Source of the DNA: Prevotellaceae bacterium
GTDB lineage: Bacteria; Bacteroidota; Bacteroidia; Bacteroidales; UBA932
Length of the DNA stretch: 64,000 nt
Assembly: GCA_031266935.1 (NCBI GenBank)
Contig: JAISAC010000158.1
Location: 6,966 to 70,965 of the forward strand
Direction of reading: 5' to 3'
Part shown: piece by piece, positions 18,733 through 27,954 of the stretch
How the letters are laid out: every line of letters begins with the position of its first letter
Numbering within the stretch: the stretch's first letter is position 1
The notes under the pieces: model-generated
Database searches by the model: none
Told to the model about the DNA's origin: nothing
The model's input: only the letters and a program-made list of their open reading frames with translations
Position numbers and translations under genes: made by a program

Positions 18733-18864
18733 GCACAAAATAGCATACCTCCACGCGGTTATTGGCCAAAAGCCGAAGTAAGATGACTTCTACCGCAAGG
18801 CTAAAGGAGGCGCAAAAAAACTGACAGAAATCATATTTACATCGTAATATACATTGCAACTTAC

Positions 18865-19632
18865 ATGAAGCTAATTTCATACAACGTAAACGGTATCAGA
18901 GCCGCTATGGGCAAAGATTTGATTGGATGGCTCAAGGAGGCTAACGCCGATATAGTTTGCTTTCAGGAGCTGAAGGCTGTTCGAGAGCAAATTGACGAGG
19001 CTGCATTTCGTGCGCTGGGGTACGAATACCTCTACTGGCACTCAGCCGAAAAGAAAGGCTACAGCGGCACGGCGGTGCTGTGCAAGGCCAAGCCGGAGAG
19101 CGTACAGCTTGGCATGAACATAGACGCTTACGACCGCGAAGGGCGCGTGATTCGCGCCGACTTTGGCGCGTTTACGCTCGTGTGCTCCTACTTTCCGTCG
19201 GGCACCACCGGCGACGAGCGGCAGGCGTTCAAAATGCGCTACCTGGAAGATTTTACAAATTACATCACGGCGCTCCGCCGCGAAAAGCCAAACCTAATTA
19301 TCACCGGCGACCTCAACATTTGCCACAAGCCCATCGACATCAACCACCCCGAAAAGCACGAAACGGTATCGGGATTTTTGCCCGAAGAGCGCGCATGGTT
19401 CGACCGCTTCATCGGGCTGGGCTTTGTAGATACGTTTCGCGTTTTTAACCAGAAGCCTGACCAGTACAGCTGGTGGAGCTTCCGCTCCGGCGCGCGCAGC
19501 AAAAATCTTGGCTGGCGCATTGACTACTTTCTGTGTACGGAGCCGCTCAAAGCGCTGCTTCAAAATGCAGCAATACACCCGTCAGCCGTACACTCCGACC
19601 ACTGCCCTGTTTCGGTAGAAGTAAACGTTTAA
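18865..19632 (+). CDS. xth: Exodeoxyribonuclease III
   Basis: 255 aa. The N-terminus MKLISYNVNGIRA, the QELK motif and the C-terminal SDHCPV are typical of ExoIII/APE1-family endonucleases. Confidence 0.95.
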   Translation: MKLISYNVNGIRAAMGKDLIGWLKEANADIVCFQELKAVREQIDEAAFRALGYEYLYWHSAEKKGYSGTAVLCKAKPESVQLGMNIDAYDREGRVIRADFGAFTLVCSYFPSGTTGDERQAFKMRYLEDFTNYITALRREKPNLIITGDLNICHKPIDINHPEKHETVSGFLPEERAWFDRFIGLGFVDTFRVFNQKPDQYSWWSFRSGARSKNLGWRIDYFLCTEPLKALLQNAAIHPSAVHSDHCPVSVEVNV

Positions 19633-19653
19633 CCTAAGTAATGCTTGACCTCT

Positions 19654-21804
19654 ATGACAAACCCCGACGTCTCCAACCAAGAATTTCAGCTGGCGTTAGA
19701 CCTCATCAACAACACCTCGCAGCACATTTTCCTTACCGGAAAAGCAGGCACCGGAAAGACCACCTTCCTCAAGTACTTTCGCGAGCATAGCGACAAAAAA
19801 GTGCTGGTGGCGGCGCCCACGGGCGTTGCCGCCATCAACGCCGGCGGCGTAACGCTACACTCGCTGTTCCAGCTGTCGTTCGAGCCGTATATTCCCGGCG
19901 TTGGCTACAGCAAAAATACAACGCACTTCCGCATGACAAAGCAAAAGATAGACCTGCTGAGGAGTTTTGATGTGCTGGTGATTGACGAAATCAGCATGGT
20001 GCGCGCCGACTTGCTCGACGCCGTCGACGCCTCGCTGCGGCGCTACCGCAACAGCATGCAACCCTTTGGCGGCGTACAAATGCTCTACATCGGCGACGTA
20101 TTCCAGCTGCCGCCCGTGGCAAAGGAGGAGGAGTGGTCGCTGCTGGCCCCGTACTACCAAAGCCATTTTTTCTTTCACGCCAAGGCGTGGGAAAAAGCAA
20201 CTCCGCTGTACATTGAGCTGAAAAAAATCTACCGGCAAAAAGAGCAAAAATTTATTGACCTGCTCAACAAGGTGCGGCTTGGCAACCTGAACGGCGACGA
20301 TATGGCAGTGCTAAACGAGCGCTTTAAGCAAGATTTTAGGCCATCCGACAGCGAGCGGTATATCATACTCTCAACCCACAACTACCGCGTTGACCGCATC
20401 AACGCGCAAAAGCTGCAGGAGCTGCCCGCAAAAAAATTCTGCTTTCGGGGCGACATAACCGGCGAATTTTCGGACAACTCGCTGCCTACCGAAATGGTGC
20501 TGGAGCTAAAAAAAGGGGCGCAGGTCATCTTCATAAAGAACGATACGGGGCAAGACCGGAAGTACTACAACGGTATGCTGGGGGTAATCTCGGAAATCAG
20601 CGACAAGGAAATAAAGGTGCAGCCCATAGACGCTGCCTTTTCGGCGCTGACGGTAACCCGCGAAACGTGGAAAAATATTCGCTACTCCCTCAACCGCGAA
20701 ACAAACGCTGTGAACGAGGAGGAGCTCGGCGCCTTCACGCAGTACCCCATACGCCTTGCGTGGGCTATCACCATCCACAAAAGTCAGGGGCTAACCTTCG
20801 ACCGCGCCATCATCGACGCAGGGCAGGCGTTTGCGCCCGGTCAGGTTTACGTAGCCCTCAGCCGCTGCACTACCCTCGAAGGGCTTGTGCTACAGTCGCG
20901 CATAACGCCCGGAAGCATCACCATTGACGATAATGTTCTAACGTTCTCCGAAAAAGTAGATACCGTTGGCAGGCTTCAGCAAGTGCTGAAGGTGGAAAAA
21001 CCGCGATTTTGCGCCCAAAAGCTGCTTAAAGTGTTTAACCTCCAGCCGTTAGTAAGCGCTGCCAGAAAATTCATGGACCTGACGTTGGCAAAAAAAATTC
21101 CGGAGGTCGAAAAGGCACAGCAGCTCTCCATGCAAATTTACCAAAAGGCAAAATCGCTAAAAGAGGTTGCCGACAAGTTTATCCCTGTGCTGAACAAGCT
21201 CCTCGACGACGCGCAAAAAACAGGTAGCCCGCAGGGCTTGCAGCAGCGCGTTCCGAAGGCGGCCAGCTACTTTTACCTCAACATTTACGACGAAATGCTG
21301 CTGCCGCTACAGCTGCACGCCGCAGAGGTAAAAAAGGCGGCAAGGGTAAAAGAGTATCTCAAAGAGCTGGTAGAGGTAGAGATGGATATTCTATTTGTGC
21401 TAAGCAGAGTGCAGATAATAAAGTATGATAGCATACTCTTAGTGAACATTGACCCGCCAAAGCGCGAAGTAAAGGTAGAGCCTGTCAGCGAAAAGCATAG
21501 GTCAGTGAAGGGCGACTCGGCAAAAGTAACGCTGGAGATGTTCGACCGGGAGCAAACGATAGCGCAGATTGCCGCCGCGCGCAATATTGCCGAAAGCACG
21601 GTAGAGTCGCACCTTGCGCAAATGGTAGAGATCGGCGAGCTTGACATCCACAGGTGGCTGAGCGACGAGCAAATAAGCGCCATCGAAAAAGGAATAAAGA
21701 AGGCGGAAGATAAAAATGCAGCGCAAATATTTGTAACGCTAAACCGCCAATACTCCTACGGAGCAATACGCGGCGTACTTGCACACCAAAGCGCCAAAAA
21801 ATAA
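19654..21804 (+). CDS. PIF1/RecD-like SF1B helicase with a C-terminal helix-turn-helix extension
   Basis: Walker A GKAGTGKTT, Walker B VLVIDEISMV, and the ITIHKSQGLTFD and VYVALSRC motifs. The C-terminal part (IAAARNIAESTVESHLAQMVEIGELD) looks HTH-like. Confidence 0.88.
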   Translation: MTNPDVSNQEFQLALDLINNTSQHIFLTGKAGTGKTTFLKYFREHSDKKVLVAAPTGVAAINAGGVTLHSLFQLSFEPYIPGVGYSKNTTHFRMTKQKIDLLRSFDVLVIDEISMVRADLLDAVDASLRRYRNSMQPFGGVQMLYIGDVFQLPPVAKEEEWSLLAPYYQSHFFFHAKAWEKATPLYIELKKIYRQKEQKFIDLLNKVRLGNLNGDDMAVLNERFKQDFRPSDSERYIILSTHNYRVDRINAQKLQELPAKKFCFRGDITGEFSDNSLPTEMVLELKKGAQVIFIKNDTGQDRKYYNGMLGVISEISDKEIKVQPIDAAFSALTVTRETWKNIRYSLNRETNAVNEEELGAFTQYPIRLAWAITIHKSQGLTFDRAIIDAGQAFAPGQVYVALSRCTTLEGLVLQSRITPGSITIDDNVLTFSEKVDTVGRLQQVLKVEKPRFCAQKLLKVFNLQPLVSAARKFMDLTLAKKIPEVEKAQQLSMQIYQKAKSLKEVADKFIPVLNKLLDDAQKTGSPQGLQQRVPKAASYFYLNIYDEMLLPLQLHAAEVKKAARVKEYLKELVEVEMDILFVLSRVQIIKYDSILLVNIDPPKREVKVEPVSEKHRSVKGDSAKVTLEMFDREQTIAQIAAARNIAESTVESHLAQMVEIGELDIHRWLSDEQISAIEKGIKKAEDKNAAQIFVTLNRQYSYGAIRGVLAHQSAKK

Positions 21805-21814
21805 AGCCTGTTTT

Positions 21815-23089
21815 TTACAGCATATCGGTCAGGTTCCACGCCTGAATATGCTTGATACCGCCCCTCAGCGGCATGGAAATTTCGTCGAGCGAAACTACAA
21901 CCTTCTCGAAGCTGTCGCCAATAGCCTCAAGCGATGAGTATTCCCTTTCGACGGTAGCCCTGTCAGCGAGCATGTAGGCGCTCTGCAGATATACCACCAA
22001 ATCGGCTTTTTTAGCAACAAAATCAACCTCCTTATTTCGTAAAGCTCCGACGTATACATCGTACCCCAACCGGCAAAGTTCCAGATATACCAGATTTTCG
22101 ACAAGGTATCCAAATCCGTAGCCGTAACCCGAGTAAAGATAATTTTTGTACGCCAAATCATTGATGTAGAATTTAGCGTTGCCGGACAGGACGTCTTTGC
22201 CCTTGATGTCATACCTGCTGCAGCGATGAACCAGAAATGTGTCTTCGATATATCCGATGTAGGCCGATACGGCGTCGTAGCTCGTTTTGCGGCCCTGGCT
22301 TTTGAAATAGTTCGCTATATTGGCAGCAGATATGAGGCTTGAAGCGCTGTTTACCAAAAACACAAAAATATCTTCGAGCAGCTTAGGGTCGCGTACGCTA
22401 TGCCGCCGGATAATATCGCGCAGCAGCACGGTATCCTTTACGGCAGAAACGTAGTTGCGCTTAAGCTCCTGCTGTTGCAGCATGAACAGCTCGGGAAGCC
22501 CGCCGCTACTCATATACTCCGTGTAGCTTTGTCGCCCTCTCTCTTTTTTGGTGATGCCTGTATATTCGGAGTAGCTGAACGGGAATATTTCAAAACAAAT
22601 GTATCTGCCGGATAGCAGTGTAGCCAACTCTCCCGACAACATTTTCGAGTTGGAGCCGCTGATAAACAGCTCGCAGTCTTCCGAAAAATCTTGCGAGTAG
22701 GAGTTGACAACCTTTTCCCAGCCTTCTATCATCTGTACTTCATCCACAAAAATATAGATTTTGCCCGCAGGATTCAGCGCTTTTTTATACGATTTTATCA
22801 GCTCGTCCAGCTCCTTGTAGGTTCTCAGGAATTCAAGGTCGACAAATTCCCGGTTGATGAGCAGGATATTTTCCGGTTTTACTCCGCCATCAACAAGCTG
22901 CTTGGCTACTTGCCTCAGAACGTAGCTTTTGCCCGAACGCCTTTGCCCTACAAGCACCTTGATAAGGCGATTACCCGTGCAGTTCGCTATTTTGTCCGTG
23001 TACGCGTTACGCTTGTACCCCCAATCGAAGGTATTCCCGTTCCATAAATTATGCTTTCGCAGCAGCGCTATTTTTTCGTCCATAACCAA
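21815..23089 (-). CDS. AAA+ ATPase (AAA_14 plus DUF4143 architecture)
   Basis: 424 aa. Walker A GQRRSGKS, Walker B IFVDEVQ. The C-terminal region resembles the restriction-endonuclease-like DUF4143 domain common in Bacteroidales. Confidence 0.8.
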   Translation of the reverse strand: MVMDEKIALLRKHNLWNGNTFDWGYKRNAYTDKIANCTGNRLIKVLVGQRRSGKSYVLRQVAKQLVDGGVKPENILLINREFVDLEFLRTYKELDELIKSYKKALNPAGKIYIFVDEVQMIEGWEKVVNSYSQDFSEDCELFISGSNSKMLSGELATLLSGRYICFEIFPFSYSEYTGITKKERGRQSYTEYMSSGGLPELFMLQQQELKRNYVSAVKDTVLLRDIIRRHSVRDPKLLEDIFVFLVNSASSLISAANIANYFKSQGRKTSYDAVSAYIGYIEDTFLVHRCSRYDIKGKDVLSGNAKFYINDLAYKNYLYSGYGYGFGYLVENLVYLELCRLGYDVYVGALRNKEVDFVAKKADLVVYLQSAYMLADRATVEREYSSLEAIGDSFEKVVVSLDEISMPLRGGIKHIQAWNLTDML

Positions 23090-23294
23090 ATATTTTGTAC
23101 AAAGGTAAGATTTTTTGGCTATAAACGAAAAAGCTGCTGCCTAAATCTTTTTTTGAGGCTCTATTGGCACGAGCAAAAAATGCGCGAGCGTAAACACCTG
23201 GCCGGATCTATCGGCTACTAAGGTAACCTTGGAGAAATAAGGTTTTGGAGAATTGCAGGTTGCAGGACAAAGCGTACGTGTAAAAACCTTATTG

Positions 23295-23554
23295 GTATTT
23301 AGGAATGACGAATAAACAAGATATAACAGTTAATAAAGTTGTCGTCCCTTTGGGACTTAGCGGGAGCCTCCTGCTTGTCCCCCGCATGCTGAAGCATACG
23401 GTTAATAGCGTGTCACCCCTGCGGGGATTGCAGCATACGGATTGCAGCATACCTGCGTAGAGACACGGCGCGCCACGTCTCTACAACGAGCAGTCCCGCA
23501 GGGACGACAACTTTATTAACTGTTATATCTTGTTTATTCGTCATTCCTAAATAC
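23295..23554. repeat. Perfect 55-bp inverted repeat (23295-23349 and 23500-23554) flanking a 150-bp hairpin-rich core; MITE/foldback-like
   Basis: The left arm gtatttaggaatgacgaataaacaagatataacagttaataaagttgtcgtccct is the exact reverse complement of the right arm. The core holds several short GC hairpins and a GTAGAGAC..GGCGCGCC..GTCTCTAC palindrome. Confidence 0.9.
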
Positions 23555-23750
23555 GCATACATACCCATGTAAGGTGTTCAATACGGGTGATATGAGGATA
23601 GGGTACGCCCTACCCTCCCCCGCTCCCCCAAACGAGCAAATGGGGGAGAGGAAGAGAGGGAGATTCCCGCTTTCGCGGGAATCTCCACTTTTGGGAGACA
23701 GGGAGGTAGTGAAAGATGAAGATAGCCTTTTTCCGTCAAGCCGCTGGAGG

Positions 23751-24929
23751 CTACAGGTTGTCGCTGTCGTCGGCATCTACGGCGGACATTACGTCCACGT
23801 CGTCGTCGCCGCCGGCAATGTCGTCGCTGCCGTCAACAACGGGGCTGATAACGCCGTCCAAAATGTCGTCGTCATCTTTGGGGTGCGTATCTATTTTTAC
23901 GTCAACCTTAACGAGGTAGCTGGCTTCTTCGGTTTCGAGCATTACTGCATGAAAAAAGTCCGTTTCGGTTCGGTTGACTTTTATCACGTAGTCATTCCAG
24001 CCGTTTGGGTACTTCTCCCGGAGCAGCTCGAGCTGCTCGGGCGAGAGGTTTTTGAAGTGCACCACCACGCGGCGCTTGCCGGTACCTATCCGGATTCGCG
24101 GCAGGTTACGCTTTTCCTGATGCTGGTTGGCATTCGACGTTGCTGGAGCTTGCGGAGGAGAGGCGGCGGTATTTTTTGCCAAAGGCTGGGGCTGATTTTT
24201 TGGCGCCGCTAGCTTTTGTGCGGGAGCGGGGGCTGCTTTTTTGGCTACCGGCTTTGCCGCCGGTTTTGCCGCGGGCTTGGCTCCATTTTTGGTGGGAGCG
24301 GCCGCAGGCTTTTTGGCTACCGGCTTGGCCGCCGGTTTAGCCGCAGGCTTGGTTACCGTTTTGGCAGCAGGCTTGGCGGCAGGTTTAGCCGCAGGCTTGG
24401 TTACCGTTTTGGCAGCCGGCTTGGCGGCAGGTTTTGCAACAGGCCTGGCTACTGTTTTGGCAACCGGCTTGGCGGCAGGTTTTGCCGCAGGCTTAGTTAC
24501 CGTTTTGGCAGCAGGGCTGGCGGCAGGCTTTGCCGCAGGCTTGGCTACCGTTTTGGCAGCCGGCTTAGTCGCAGGTTTAGCCGCAGGCCTGATTACCTTT
24601 TTTGCAGCAGGCTTGGCGGCAGGTTTTGCTGTCGTTTTTGTGGGTACGCTCTTTTTTGCGGCAGGCTTTACTGCTTTTTGGGGAGCAGCAGCCGTCGCTT
24701 TCTTTGCAGCAGGTTTAGCCTTGCTAACGCCAACAGCGGCAGCTTTTTTAGGGGTAACTTTTATAGTTGCTTTATTCGCAGCAGGCTTTGCTGCGCTCTT
24801 TTTTACGGGAGCGGCTTTCGCCGTTTTTTTCGCTATTGGCGTTGCTGTTTTCGCTGCCGATTTTTTCGCAGCAGGTTTTGCTATACTCTTCTTTTTAACA
24901 GGGCTTACTGCTTTCTTTTTTGTTGCCAT
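23751..24929 (-). CDS. Histone-H1-like Lys/Ala/Pro repeat protein with a globular domain and an acidic tail
   Basis: 392 aa. About 270 aa of (KPAAKPAAKTVT)-type repeats are followed by ...VVVHFKNLSPEQLELLREKYPNGWNDYVIKV... and an Asp-rich C-terminus (DDDDILDG..DDDVDV..DADDSDNL). Confidence 0.75.
   Translation of the reverse strand: MATKKKAVSPVKKKSIAKPAAKKSAAKTATPIAKKTAKAAPVKKSAAKPAANKATIKVTPKKAAAVGVSKAKPAAKKATAAAPQKAVKPAAKKSVPTKTTAKPAAKPAAKKVIRPAAKPATKPAAKTVAKPAAKPAASPAAKTVTKPAAKPAAKPVAKTVARPVAKPAAKPAAKTVTKPAAKPAAKPAAKTVTKPAAKPAAKPVAKKPAAAPTKNGAKPAAKPAAKPVAKKAAPAPAQKLAAPKNQPQPLAKNTAASPPQAPATSNANQHQEKRNLPRIRIGTGKRRVVVHFKNLSPEQLELLREKYPNGWNDYVIKVNRTETDFFHAVMLETEEASYLVKVDVKIDTHPKDDDDILDGVISPVVDGSDDIAGGDDDVDVMSAVDADDSDNL
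24300..24640. repeat. Tandem 48-bp repeats (about 6-7 units) inside the H1-like gene
   Basis: The motif ggYtaccgttttggcagc recurs at 24351, 24399, 24447, 24495, 24543 and 24591, a period of 48 bp. This corresponds to a 16-aa KTVTKPAAKPAAKPAA unit. Confidence 0.85.
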
Positions 24930-25141
24930 AAATACTTCATTTTCGTATAAAAAATAAATCTCCTATTGGTATCGAATTTATGGTGCAATAATACGCTATT
25001 TTTATATTAGCACTATGTATAGCTGTATTAAATAGTATAAAAAATAGAGAATTTATATTTAATATCATTTTATCATGCAGGTAAATAATTTACTATCAAT
25101 GCATTTATCGTGCTCATGCTGCTGGTCGCAGCCGGTGTTGG

Positions 25142-25828
25142 CTACCCGTTGCTGCTCCCGAGCAAATCGGGGCGCAACCGCGCCGTACGCTCCAGCGCCT
25201 GCTCCTCCTGCCACTCGGCAATCTCCCTAAAGTTACCCGACAGCAGCACCTCCGGCACCTTCCATCCGTTGAAGTCCGCGGGGCGCGTGTACACCGGCGC
25301 CGCGAGCAGGTTGTCCTGAAACGAGTCGCTTAGCGCCGACGTTTCGTTGGAAATAGCGCCGGGCAGCAGCCGCACCACGCTATCTACCACAACGGCAGCT
25401 GCAAGCTCTCCGCCCGTGAGCACGTAGTCGCCTACCGAGAGCTCGCGCGTTATGAGGTGCTCGCGCACCCTGTGGTCAACCCCCTTGTAGTGCCCGCACA
25501 GGATGATGATGCTTGTTTTGGTTGACAGGTGGTTTGCCGTGAGCTGGTTGTACCGCTCTCCGTCGGGCGTCATGAAAATAATATCATCGTACGCGCGCTC
25601 CGCCTTGAGCTTTTCTATGGCGGCAAAAATGGGCGCAACCTTCATCACCATTCCGGCGTCGCCGCCAAAGGAGTAGTCGTCCACGCTGCGGTGCTTGTCG
25701 GCGGCGTAGTCGCGAAGGTTGTGCACGCATATTTCGGCAATACCTTTCGCCTGCGCCCGCTTGATGATGGAGTGCCCAAAGGGGCTTTCGAGCAGCTCCG
25801 GAACAGCTGTAAGAATATCTATACGCAT
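25142..25828 (-). CDS. trmD: tRNA (guanine37-N1)-methyltransferase
   Basis: 228 aa. [17 protein letters not shown]...[14 protein letters not shown] and the SPOUT-knot region [10 protein letters not shown] are typical of TrmD. Confidence 0.95.
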   Translation of the reverse strand: MRIDILTAVPELLESPFGHSIIKRAQAKGIAEICVHNLRDYAADKHRSVDDYSFGGDAGMVMKVAPIFAAIEKLKAERAYDDIIFMTPDGERYNQLTANHLSTKTSIIILCGHYKGVDHRVREHLITRELSVGDYVLTGGELAAAVVVDSVVRLLPGAISNETSALSDSFQDNLLAAPVYTRPADFNGWKVPEVLLSGNFREIAEWQEEQALERTARLRPDLLGSSNG

Positions 25829-26031
25829 AATTCAAATTTGTGATTTTTACTTTGGTGGTAATGATTTTTTTTTCGACAAACGTACTCGAAGTTTGCAAGA
25901 TACGCAAAGCCGATTGCTATAACAGCAGTGAAAAAAAGTGAAAATTAGAGAAAATTCGTGCATCCCAAGCAAAAATGCTATATTTGCAGGTTTATAATTC
26001 GCCTCTAATTAAAGCATAATTAAATTACGCC

Positions 26032-27933
26032 ATGGAGTCTCAAGAAATTCATAACGAGTATTTTGAAGGGAAAGATGCTGATATTCAGCCGTTGCAGGAA
26101 ATGGTTGATTTTTCGGAAGAAGAAACGCAGCTGGCCGCATCGTCGGACGAGCTGCAAATAGACGACGACGATGACGGCACCGACGCCGACGCCGACGCCG
26201 AATCGGCATCGCCCGCTGCTGTTGCCTACGACGGCCTGAATCGCGCAGCGCTGCTGGATGCGCTGGCAAAGCTGCTGGATGAAAAATCGGCGCAAGACCT
26301 CAAAGGTGAGGTTGAAGCCATTAAGGTGGCTTTCTACAAAAAGTTTACGCTGGAGCAGGAGCTGCTACGCCGCGAATTTGTGGAGCAAAACGGCTCTGCC
26401 GAAGGTTTTGTCCCGCCCGACGACGAGCTGGAGGCAAGGCTCAAAGAGCTGTTTGCAAGGTACAAAAAAATGCGCGCCGACCTGGCAGCAAAGCAGGAGC
26501 AGGAGCGCGAAGCCAACCTTGCTCAAAAGCTGGCCGCCATAGAAGAGCTGAAATGCTTGCTGGAGCGTCAGGATGACTTTAATGCCATATTCAGCGATTT
26601 CAAGCACCTGCAAGCGCGCTGGCGGGCTATCGGCGCGGTGCCGCAGCCCAGGCAAAAGGAGGTGTGGGAGGTGTACAACTACAACGTGGAGAAGTTCTAC
26701 GATGTGGTAAAAATAAACAAGGAGCTGCGCGAACTCGACTTTAAAAAGAACTTTGAGCTCAAGCAGCTGCTGTGCGAAAAGTCCGAGGAGCTGCTGCTCA
26801 AGGACGACGTGGTAAAGGCTTTCCGAGAGCTGCAAAAGTACCACGAGCAGTGGCGCGATATAGGCCCGGTGTCTGCCGAATTTAGGAACTCCCTGTGGGA
26901 GCGATTTAAAAACGCTACTGCGCAGGTCAACAAAAAGCACACCGATTACTTTGAGCAGCAAAAAGTAGAGCAGCAAAATAACTGGCAGCTGAAGCAGGCG
27001 CTGTGCGAAAAAGCCGAGGAGCTGCTGGCCACCACGCCCCTGCTGATGAAAGAGTGGAGCGAAAAAACGCTGCTGCTGCTCGACCTGCAAAAAATGTGGA
27101 AAACCATTGGGGCTGCTCCGCGCAAGGAAAGCAACAAAATTTTTCACCGCTTCAAGTCAGCATGCAACGCATTTTTTGACAGCCGTCGCGCTTTCTTTTC
27201 CGAGCAAAAAGCCGAAGCGCAGCGCAACCTTCAGCAGAAGCTGGACTTGTGCGCTCAAGCGGAGATACTCTCCGAAAGCGACGACTGGAAAAAAACAACC
27301 GACGAGCTGATAAAGCTGCAGGCGCAGTGGAAAAAAGTTGGCCCGGTGCCCCACAAGCAATCGGATGCGGTATGGAAGCGCTTTCGCACGGCATGCAACA
27401 AATTTTTTGACCACAAAAAAGAACATTTTGCAACCCAAGACGCTCGCTACGACGAAAATTTGAAGAAAAAAGAGGAGCTGATTGCAGCAATAAAAAATTT
27501 TGCACCCTCCGACAATCCTTCCGACAGCCTTGCGGCCATCAAAGAATTTCAGCAGCGCTGGACGGAGATAGGCTACGCTCCTTTGAAGCACAAGGAGCGC
27601 CTGCAAAAAAACTACCGCGAAGCCATCGACGCGCTGTTTGAGGCGCTGCACGTTAGCGATGCCGACCGCCAGCTCATCAACTTCAAAACGCGCATGGCCT
27701 CCTCGTCGGTCAAGGGCGGCAGAGGACAGATTTCGCACGAGCGTGAAAAGTTGGTGCAGCACCTCCGGCATTTAGAGAGCGACATACAGCTGTGGGAGAA
27801 TAATATCGGCTTTTTTGCGCAGTCAAAAAACGCCGAAAAACTGGTGCAGGATGTGAAAAACAACATCGAAAAAGCACGGCGCGACGTATCGGTTACAATA
27901 CAAAAATTAAAGCTATTGGACAGCAATACATAA
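26032..27933 (+). CDS. DUF349 repeat protein
   Basis: 633 aa. Has an acidic N-terminus and about six repeats of the DUF349 signature (..LQ..W..IG.VP......W.RF......F.). Confidence 0.85.
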   Translation: MESQEIHNEYFEGKDADIQPLQEMVDFSEEETQLAASSDELQIDDDDDGTDADADAESASPAAVAYDGLNRAALLDALAKLLDEKSAQDLKGEVEAIKVAFYKKFTLEQELLRREFVEQNGSAEGFVPPDDELEARLKELFARYKKMRADLAAKQEQEREANLAQKLAAIEELKCLLERQDDFNAIFSDFKHLQARWRAIGAVPQPRQKEVWEVYNYNVEKFYDVVKINKELRELDFKKNFELKQLLCEKSEELLLKDDVVKAFRELQKYHEQWRDIGPVSAEFRNSLWERFKNATAQVNKKHTDYFEQQKVEQQNNWQLKQALCEKAEELLATTPLLMKEWSEKTLLLLDLQKMWKTIGAAPRKESNKIFHRFKSACNAFFDSRRAFFSEQKAEAQRNLQQKLDLCAQAEILSESDDWKKTTDELIKLQAQWKKVGPVPHKQSDAVWKRFRTACNKFFDHKKEHFATQDARYDENLKKKEELIAAIKNFAPSDNPSDSLAAIKEFQQRWTEIGYAPLKHKERLQKNYREAIDALFEALHVSDADRQLINFKTRMASSSVKGGRGQISHEREKLVQHLRHLESDIQLWENNIGFFAQSKNAEKLVQDVKNNIEKARRDVSVTIQKLKLLDSNT

Positions 27934-27954
27934 AACGAAATAACAACACACAAC

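Noticed and set aside
23350-23499. An invertible promoter (inverton) between the 55-bp inverted repeats.
   Set aside because: There is no TAnnTTTG or -33 TTTG arrangement on either strand of the core, and no recombinase gene is nearby. It is kept as a finding, but the promoter-switch reading is unsupported by the sequence alone.
24216-24957. Two plus-strand ORFs (244 and 238 aa) across the H1-like gene.
   Set aside because: They are repeat-driven antisense frames (GFAAGLAAG.. and RLGGRFCRRLG..). The minus-strand frame continues into a non-repetitive domain with a sensible start and stop.
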